From assembly GCF_009914755.1 (NCBI RefSeq), contig NC_060937.1: a stretch of 64,000 nucleotides of DNA; one strand, given 5' to 3'. The notes beneath the pieces were generated by a model, which was given only the letters and a program-made list of their open reading frames with translations, did not search any database and had not been told where the DNA came from. Source of the DNA: the human T2T-CHM13v2.0 reference genome, Homo sapiens. Of this stretch, positions 53,336-64,000 are shown piece after piece. The stretch's first letter is position 1, and each line of letters begins with the position of its first letter. A program made the translations under genes and the position numbers.

Positions 53336-54904
53336 AAACATGGGCATTAAGTATATATGGACCACTTACTTCATACTTTCGAATAGATGAGCATTTAATC
53401 CATCAGTTAATGGATTCTCCTCTGTATATTCTAATAACAGGAAAAGCATTCAGTTATTATCCCTTCTTTCTCACTGTTCCATCAGAGTCCTTATTACCTG
53501 ACATAAAACCATCTCATGTTATCACCTATAGGCTAAAAAGCTTTGCAGTTCTCATTTGGCTTGAGGTTAATTTAGAGATTTATTAAACTGTGTTTCATTG
53601 AGTACCTACCATGGGTAGCTGGATGCCCAGACCTCGGGATATTCCAGTAGGTGAAATAATTGAGATGTATATGTATTTGTACACATATGTATCTGGCTTC
53701 TTCTCCTTTTGAGAGAGAAGTCTCCTCTCTCAATTAAATGTGCTATCAAAGAGCATGGCGATGGCAGGAACTGCCGAGTAAACTGTATTTTAAAAATCGT
53801 ATCTGCATTTCAGCTCTTTGTCTTCTCGTTTCCTGCACTGCCTAAGGTCCTCTTTGCCTAATCTTTTTCTGGAGGAAATTTTTAATATAGACTCCTTGTT
53901 CCTTTTTGCTTTAAATCCTGAGATTGTAAGGTTTGGGAAAGTTAATGGCCCCCATGTGATTCACCTATAATGGACATTCTGTAGAATAAAATGTATCCTC
54001 ATTTAAAAAATACATAAATAGAAAGGGAAAGGTACATTGTCAGTCTCTGTTTTGCCTGTAGAAATCCTTTCAAATCATGATTATACTCCTAGTCTATTTG
54101 ACAACGATAAAATATTCTAAACTAATGGTTTCGAGCTCTCAGGCAAAACCAGATTTTTATTGCCAGAAAAAGTCCACCATGGCTCTGAAGAACAATTTTA
54201 CATTTTCACAACCAATACAAATACTGTTTTGGGTACAAATTGAGGAAACATTATGTTTTCAGGGATCCTTTTCTGAACTTTCATGAAATATTAAAATGAA
54301 GATGACTGAATTGCAGTTTGATTATCCCTCATTGCCATTTAGAATGGGTGGATAATTAGTTTGGCATTAACCTTGAATGTGAAAGACCCTAGAAAGTCCA
54401 GCTCCAGGGGGTGCTGTTATTTTTCAGCATATTCTTCTACAGCCACTTTCTGACATCTTATGTAAGGGAAACTGAAAATCTTAAATGATTACTCATATAA
54501 ATAATCTTGGGGGAAGATGAGATAGAAAGAATTGTAGAGAATACATCACCTTCTCTAGGAAACTTATTTTTCAGTAGTATTAATCAATCATGAAAAATAT
54601 AAAATATGGATGCAAGACCCAAATACATACATGGCATACTTCTTTCATTATTTTATTTTAAAAACACTATTTAAATGCTATAACTTAGTACTTTCTCTTT
54701 TACTGACAAAGTCACAAAGAATAATTGTTAAGTACACACTACATGTCAAGAAATGAAAGAAAATATACATTTTCGGTTTCTAGTAGATCTGATACTAAAA
54801 TTTAGAAATATACCTAACACCAGCTAAGTCCATGCAAACATTTAACTCTTTGTTGGTAACATTTTCCACTGGCATTACACAGGCCTGAGTGTCAGTATTA
54901 TTTC

Positions 54905-55231
54905 CTTTTTCTTTTTTCTTTTTTCTTTTTCTTTCTTTCTTTTTTTGTTTTTGAGACAAGTTCTCCATATGTTACCCAGGCTGGAGTGCAGTGGCACCAT
55001 CACAGCTCACTGTAGCCTCAACCTCCTGGGCTCAAGCAATCTTCCCACATTGGCATCCTGAGTAGCTGGGACCACAGGCACACACCACCACACCCAGCTA
55101 ATTTTTTATTATTTGTAAAGACATGATCTCACTCTGTTGGTATGCTGGTCTCAAACTCCTAAATTCAAGCGATCTGCCCACTTCAGCCTCCCAAATACTG
55201 GGATTGCAGGCATGAGCAACCACGCCCAGCC
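54905..55231 (-). mobile_element. AluJ, full length
   Basis: ctcactgtagcctcaacctcctgggctcaag; GTCAGTATTATTTC at 54891-54904 and 55237-55250. Confidence 0.95.
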
Positions 55232-55349
55232 TCTGAGTCAGTATTATTTCTTGTTAGCCATATTGCATCACTAAAGCAGAAAACTTTCAGACATGCATGT
55301 ATATATTTTAGTATTTCAATTAGTTGTTTTAAGTATTTGGTGCTCTATT

Positions 55350-55548
55350 TAATACATTTGGTACATATTATATACCAGTCACTTTTCTAACAGCTTTCCA
55401 TGTGTTAACTCTTCATAATATTTAACTACATAGGTATTATTGTCCCCACTTTGCAGGTGAGGAAACTGAGACATGGAGAAGTTAAATAATTTTTCTGAGG
55501 TCACACATCAAGGCTCCAGGGCCTGTGCTCATAAGCATCTCACTGCTC
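55350..55548 (-). mobile_element. MIR
   Basis: taggtattattgtccccactttgcaggtgaggaaactgagacatggagaagttaaataat...gaggtcacac. Confidence 0.85.
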
Positions 55549-56211
55549 TATCTCTCAATTGGATAAAACTAATTGTGAAGTAAGATTAATATTTTATCCC
55601 ATTAATTTCATGACTGACTTTCAAACCTAAGCATGCATACATGCATACAGGCAAATTAAAACTCAGGTGCTGCCAACAGATGGATAGTCATTCTACAAGG
55701 GGGACACTAATATCTCTATATCTAGATACGAGAAACAGATACTTTTTTAAATGTCTTCTCAAAAGCAGGTGAAGTGAGAAGAAGAATGCAATAGACATTT
55801 ATCTATGTACTCTGATTAGAACATACTTAAACCAAAGTGATAACAAAAATCATTACTTGTATTTCTTTGCAAAAAATCTGGAATAGAAAAATGGCAGGAG
55901 AATACAGACAAAATTCTTGATTTTCAAATAGGGAAATGGGAGTACACTCTGTATAGACAAACAAATTTAATGCCAATCCCTTCCAAGAACCTCAAATGGA
56001 TTATTAAAAACTTTGAAAGAAAACTGATGCATGTCCTCTGTTAATGTCTTTGGTTTACGTCTCTGAGGACAGAAATGTACTTTCTTTGCCTTTTTGAAAA
56101 GGCAAAGGGATTGAAAGGACTCAGCTGTTAAAGTAACAAATTATCAAGCAATATGAATGGCCATGGCACAGTCTACATAGGCTGATTTCACATTGTTATA
56201 TACGTGACTGA

Positions 56212-56330
56212 GCATTCATTTATTCACTCATTCGACAGATAGCTATTGAGCTTCTTCCTTGCCAGGGCTTACACTTTCTGATTGCTGGGATGGGAATTCG
56301 ATGAGGAAGGCCTTGCTTGCTACCAAGTAT
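56212..56330 (-). mobile_element. L2 3' fragment
   Basis: cattcatttattcactcattc...tattgagc...tgccagg. Confidence 0.55.
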
Positions 56331-56699
56331 AGGAGATGTAGGAATAGGTAAATCTAGGTATAGACTTACAATCTTTAGCTTACAGAGTCTGTCACAGCCC
56401 AGTGGCAGAGACACTTCTCCTTTATTGTCCAAATCATAACATTTGGAGGTTGATGATCTTCTTTAATGCAAATATACAGTGAGGTACCTTTTTTTTCTTG
56501 GCCAGATATTTTTCATTATCGCTGCTATCGTCACTAATATCAGCCTTATGGAAAAATCGCAGTATAAGACATAGCAACAATAGAAGTACGCTCTCTGCAC
56601 GATTAAAAAAATGAAAATAAAAACACTGAAAGAGTTATACGCAAATGTGGAGAAGAGCAAACAACCGTTTGGGAATCCATATTTCATTAAGAATTTATC

Positions 56700-56789
56700 A
56701 GTGCCTAGTGAGCATCCAGCCTTAGCACAGTATCCACCTCGTAACTGGTAGACATAAATACTTAGTAAAAGAGTGAGTGAATGAATAAA
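56700..56789 (+). mobile_element. L2 3' fragment
   Basis: ccagccttagcacagt...ggtagacataaata...gagtgaatgaataaa. Confidence 0.5.
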
Positions 56790-57412
56790 CACAGGTGTTT
56801 GTAAGGCGACATTCTTGGAATACTGCTGCTGCTATATTTCAACTCAGTGAGGTTTTGTAAATTCAAAAACTTGGATTTTGAACTCAAGCTGCTTGGATTT
56901 GAACCCTGGCTTTACTACCTGCTATGCTGCAATTGCTTCATGGGGAAAAGAAGAAATGGCAATCCTAAAGGATGGATCCCTACCTTTTTTTTGTTGCTGT
57001 TGTTTTCATGCATTTCATGTGTGTTGGGCCTTCTAATTACAAACTAGATATCAGATAGTCAGCTTACTTCATCCAGTTGGTTTCTGCACAGATTATAGTG
57101 TAATGAAAAATACCTATTAACCTGCTTCTCTAATAATTTAATATCTGGTTTCCTGATACCATATTAATGCAAATCCTACAACTATAACTAAATGAGAGAA
57201 CTATTTAGAGTAGATAAGTAAGTTACTGGTTAGAGGAAAGTTTTAAAACAATGTCTTCCAAATAAGGCATCATTTTTCCTTATATCTTAAGTACCAACAG
57301 ATGAATAGTTATTGCACAAGGAAAACTAGCTAATTCCTCCTTTGATAGACTTTCTTTTAAGACTAGTAGATCTGCTGATTTCTATATCAGGATAACCTGG
57401 AGATCATTTTCA

Positions 57413-57790
<378 letters not shown>

Positions 57791-57819
57791 GTGAAAAAGT
57801 TACATTACCATATTTTTTG

Positions 57820-58020
57820 GACAAGACTTTTGACAAGATATTTAACTTTTTGCTATTTCAATTTTTTGATCTGTAAAATAAAAGGATAATCATAGGGTTA
57901 AGAAGGACAGCTATATCAATACATAGATTGATGGAAATATAGAGATACATATAACTTAATACAGAGCCCAACATATATAAGCACCCAGTAAATATTACCT
58001 ATTATTAGCTATTATCATTA
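57820..58020 (+). mobile_element. MIR
   Basis: ttgacaagatatttaac...atctgtaaaat..ggataat...taagcacccagtaaatatt.....tattatt. Confidence 0.6.
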
Positions 58021-58321
58021 GATCATAGGAAGTCAAGTTCCATTTTACTTTGTACTTGTCAAGTCAAATTTAAAATAGGTCTTGTTCCAAGCAGCTTATT
58101 TTAAGGGGAATATCAATAAAATGGAATGTAGAATGAGTGCACGGACAATGGACTCCATTTGAATCTAGTTCCTATCACAACATGTGCTGACTTTCAATGA
58201 AAATTTTTATGTGGGTTAATGGAAAGAAGACACATAGACACTAAGGATTTAAGCAGTTCAAAGTCTATCATGTGAAAGACCAAAGAAAGATGGTTTTTGA
58301 TAGCTCAGATATACAGGTAAG

Positions 58322-58441
58322 GAGGGCAATCATATGTTCACATTTTCCTGGGCAGTCATCTTTTATGTCTGTGTAATCATCAATTAGTTTTTAACTGACA
58401 AAGGTATTCTTGTTTGGACAAGAAATTATATGGTTTGCCCA
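58322..58441. mobile_element. MER94-like (hAT-Blackjack) MITE
   Basis: agggcaatcatatg...cctggg.cagtc ... gtttggacaa.aaattatatggtttgccc. Confidence 0.6.
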
Positions 58442-59849
58442 CATCTAGGTTAAATATGTTGTAGTGCAGTAGAGGCACATTTAAGTTAACCATAGGACAG
58501 TGCACAAAGTATTTGAGGTGTCCAGTGATAAAGTCTGCCCTTTGAAGTTATGAGTTGATGTGATGGGAAATATTCAATTTAATACAAAATGATAATTCAA
58601 TGCAAGGAATGATTCATTCACTGGATAGGAAGATCAACTAGATGTACATCATTACATCTATAATATGTAATCTAATAAATCCCAAATCTTAGTTTCTTTT
58701 GTGATCTACCTGCTACTTCTCTGTAAACAAAACAAAAACAAAACTATGAATTTGCATTCCCATTTAATCCAACTGTCAATCCTCTAAATGACCCATTTTA
58801 CAAACAAATCAAACTCCAGCAGGACCTAAAAATATTAGAGATTTGTACTGATATTTTGCCATTTCTTTAATTTTTTAATACTTCTTGAATGAATATATAA
58901 TTTATTTTTTAAAACAGGCAATATAATATTTTCTACTTCTTTTTTATTTCCTAATATTTTCAGGAGGACTTTCCACACTGTATTTATTGTACCTTCTCAG
59001 ACAGAATGTCTTAGAAATCTATGATATAATCTGGCTTAATTATTAAGCCATGTCTTCCATTCTTATGAGTACAGACTGCTTTAAAATTTGAAATATCTGT
59101 ATTATAAAGTCTTATTCGGATATGACATCTGAATACAATGTCTACTTTTATATGACTGTTACCCGCAATATATTTGTTTTTTGTTCTTCACAATTTGCTT
59201 TGGGAGCAAAAATAACTGGATATAAAAATTGCAATAAGGAAAATTATTCATATGCCAGCTGCTTACTGAATGCTTATGATGCTGAGGCACTGTCAGCTAA
59301 GCTCTGGGGGTGGTGCAGCAGCAGTAAACAATGCCAGGTCCTTGCTTGCATGCAGCTTACATTCCATGGATTGTAGAAGATTTGGAAAGGGCCTTGCCCC
59401 ACATCCCTAAGCAGGTCTTCACCCAATAGGTTGAATTTTCCTTCCTTGTATTCCTGCAGCACAGAAACACCCCCGTCATTACTGAGTATCTCTCTAACAG
59501 GTAGTGGGCACATACCCTGGGGGGAGACATGGCAGAATGATGGTGGAGGTAAAAAGGTTTAATGCCTGTTGCAGTAGGAAGACCCCTCGGTCAGCTGGAT
59601 GCACTCCTTTTGGGGCCAATAATGCCTTACCCTTTAGAATAGCGTTCAATTTTCACAGCCTTCATCACCACTGCCCTGTGTGGCTTCAAACTTCTTCTAA
59701 ACCTCATTTCCTTTAACATTATGGGCATGTGCTCCATCTTTCTGGCCCCTGCTATACACAATGGGACTTACCAGTATCCCACTGTCACCTCCCTGCAACT
59801 TCTGGGGATAGTGTCACCTCCCTGCAATCCTGGCTGCCACCTGCCAGCA

Positions 59850-60140
59850 TCCTATTTTCCTTCCAAATACAACTCAAATTCTGCCTTCCTTATAAGGCTT
59901 ATTTGGTCTCTTCAGTGATATTCTTTTCTCTCTTTGGAGCCACTCCTGTGGCACTTGGAGTATTTTTTTTCTAGTATCACTTATGGCATTGTATATTTTA
60001 TTACAATTTTCAATGAGCTTGACTGATTCCCAATACTGTAGCCCATTAGCCTCAGAAGGCAGAGTCCAAGTTGCCTTTCTTTGGTCCCACTAAAGGGTCT
60101 AGTGTATTGCCTTGAAAGTACTAGGTCTTCCAGAACTTTT
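59850..60140 (+). mobile_element. L2 3' fragment
   Basis: caactcaaat..tgcctt.ctt..aag...gcctc.gaaggcagag....gtctagt. Confidence 0.45.
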
Positions 60141-61009
60141 TTTTTTTTACAGAACAAATGCATCTTCTGAGTTAATATTTATAAAATGTGTTTCCATTTA
60201 CTATTCAATTACTGTTGTATTATTTTTCATTCCTATACCTTAATTCCCACATTTTTGTATTGGTTGTATTTCTTATTCTAAAGAGCATAAAATACAAAAG
60301 TAAATAATATGTGTTTACCATTTAGTTCAAAGAAAAGGACAATTAAATGAATAAACTTTATTTTTATGTATTTTAAACAATTTATATAATGTGAAGTATT
60401 TTAAGCAATGTGTTTCTTACATTCCAGTTTTTGAAGATGGTTGCTGAAATTAGTGTTAACATTCACTTTCAATCTTTTCATGTTGACCCAAGCTATTTGA
60501 GGTCCTCTCTAGCAAGCTTCTTAAGATTACTTACCTCTCCCTCTCCACAACAGTCCTCAGATGGCATCTTTTAAATAAATAGTCCTAGAAAAGAAGGCAA
60601 GTCCTAGAGAACAGTCTAATTCCTGAGGAAGTTCTGTGCAACCGCTGTCCTGCCACGTTCAGGGAGAGGATGGAGGTGGTGTGTGAGAGGATTATAAAGA
60701 AACAGAGAAGTAAGAAGGAATGTAGTAAGTGTGTTGAAGTCAATTCTGCAAATGTCCCCAATATCTAATTCCATATGGGTCTTTGAGATTCAAACTACTG
60801 CTATTTTAGCTCATCTGAGGCCAGCATTTATGAGTACCTACTATGTCATATTTTGTAACAGGCTAACTATACCATTATGAATAAGATGCTATGGTCTATG
60901 TTTGAGTATCTATTGGTAAAGGCTGACACATAAATAGATACTGGTGCAAGCTCTTAAGCAACAAACTAAAGCGTAATCCTAGATTTCTCCCATTTACTTT
61001 TATTTTTGC

Positions 61010-61990
<981 letters not shown>

Positions 61991-62227
61991 AGAAGTCATT
62001 TACATTTTGAGCACTTCCTGGTTGAGCCACCAATTTCATGAGATACAATATCTTCCCTGTGGTGTGATCCCTTTGGATATTTCTTTACACTCTGTTGTAG
62101 ATTTTACGGAAAAAACTTCGTAAGTTTCAATTTTAACTAGATGGAGGGGAGGACAGTAGTGATTCAAAGAAGCTAGAAGTTGTTTTAAAAGCAACTGACT
62201 CTCTCAACATCAGAGTTTGGTTCTGAT

Positions 62228-62804
62228 CAATGATATTTCTAGCATTTTTTGCCACCAACTTACAGAAAAAGATGTATTTTACATCGCAACCCAGAATGTG
62301 TGCGTAGGTGTGTTTATGTGTAGTCATGAATTCATTTATTCAAGGAACATTCACTGAGCACTCACTATGATTCGTACTGTGATACTATAAGCACTTATGT
62401 TCTAGTCAGGGGAGATAAACAATAAACAAGGGAAGCGTATCAGGAGATGATAAGTGATCTTAAGGTAAATCATGTTGGAGGATATACATATATACACACA
62501 TACATGCATATACATATATACACATGCATATATTATACACCTATATGTTTATATGTACATGTGTACTTATATATGATTATATAATATACATATCCATTAC
62601 ACTTATATTTTATATACATATGTACCTACTTACATAAGTAATTGAAAATAGCTTCATAAAATAATACTTACCTTGGCTATGGATAATGCACTGTGATTTT
62701 TTTTTCTTCTGTTTTCTATTTCATTTAAAAAATGCTGATTGCAACTGACTGGATTGATTTTATGACACACCAATTCACTGAGACTTATGATTGGGAAAAC
62801 ACTC
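62228..62804. mobile_element. hAT-Charlie (MER113-like) element with an internal L2-like piece and TA-rich repeat
   Basis: tattttacatcgcaacccag ... aatacttacc...aatgcact...aaaaatgctg.ttgcaac...ttgatttta.gac...ttgggaaaacact; L2-like 62325-62480. Confidence 0.55.
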
Positions 62805-64000
62805 ATTTAGTAAGTATAAAATGTATCACCACAGGTAGTCAATACCTTTACAACTGGGCAGATAAGAGATATCAGAAATTTATGACGATTCCCATACAAT
62901 TAACACTACACAACTATTGCACAAAAGTCCATATTTTATCAAACATCTCATTTTGAGTCAGACTAACTTAATTTTGTAATCTTCATCATGTTTTCCTGTT
63001 TAAAAGAGTCTAAAATCTCACCACTTGCAAACGAAGTGAACATTTTTATTAGTACAATTATGTAAGAAATTACTCACTCGAGTACTATATAAACTTTGGA
63101 AAATCTTTCCATAGGGTAAAATTCTGGCTTAACTTTTGAAATTAAGGCAATGGTAAAATTTAGACAATGATATTGACTTCTTATTGGAGATTGTGGCATG
63201 TGAGGTAGTTACAACTTTGACAACTGAATTATATCTCCACTGTAGCATATTAAGGTTAGGTTAAATCTAATTAACTATAATACCTATCATTGAAAAATTT
63301 CAGAGTACATATCACCTAAAGATTAATAAAAGAAGAAGTATATATATGTATTTTCATATTTTCCATATTGTAGTACAGATGTATTTTATTTTTAAAAGCA
63401 CTCAGTACAGAGCCATAAATTATTTTAGCATTTTAGGGGACATTTTTAAATGTTTTTAAAATTCTAAAGCTTTGTTCATTTTATTAGCAAAATGTAGTCT
63501 CATCCCAGTTTTGATAAACCTGGATAGATCCATGTTGATATTAAAATGAAAGCCACAGTCTAATCAATAAAGTGATTCATCAGTTGTGTAGAACAAAGTA
63601 GTACTTTTGCTTTAAGAGGCTTTTTGTTGTTGTTTATCTCCTTTAGCGGATATTTTCAGATAATACATAACTTTGCTTTTATGTTTATTCTAAGAATAAT
63701 AAGTCATCATGCCACATTTGTGGGTGCTTTTAATTTTAATAATAAAGTAATTATGCAAAGCTAACTATGTAAACATTAATTTCTGACATGATTGTTTAGA
63801 TCTATTCTTTATGAGGTTACATAGGGCAAATTTAATTATTGATAAACCAGGTAGCTAATAAAATTAAACTCACAGTCATTGTCTTTAAAGGTGACACATC
63901 ATTGCCAGAGTAGCTACAAACATAATATTTCAAAATTTAACATAAGTAATATCCAAAACTGCTTAGTAAGGATACTAAATAACTGAATTTGTCATGTTTC

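Noticed and set aside
62664-62673. ATACTTACCT, identical to the U1 snRNA 5' end
   Set aside because: No further U1 similarity; it lies inside a Charlie-type transposon relic

Overview
This is AT-rich, CpG-poor primate genomic DNA, most likely human or another great ape (it contains AluY and an L1PA2/L1HS-type 3' end). It reads as deep intron or intergenic sequence. I found no credible host protein-coding exon, RNA gene, CpG island or CRISPR array, and I cannot name the locus. Content: 18 Alus (12 +, 6 -), several L1 fragments of different ages, 6 solo MaLR/ERVL LTRs, DNA transposon fossils (MER5A x2, Tigger2a, MADE2, MER94, Charlie-like, and a Zaphod-like hAT), MIR/L2/L3 relics and microsatellites. 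The only ORFs with recognisable protein similarity are L1 ORF2p remnants and a hAT transposase dimerisation-domain remnant (28412-28621, -). Alu- and microsatellite-derived ORFs are artefacts. The best-supported unusual observations are structural: two 5'-inverted L1s, a TSD-flanked half AluY, an internally deleted AluY, a very short young L1, fold-back tandem duplications, and a close inverted Alu pair. Regulatory and splicing candidates are motif-level only. I see no convincing new biological system. Repeat subfamily names come from recalled consensus sequences and need RepeatMasker/Dfam confirmation; boundaries of ancient repeats are approximate.
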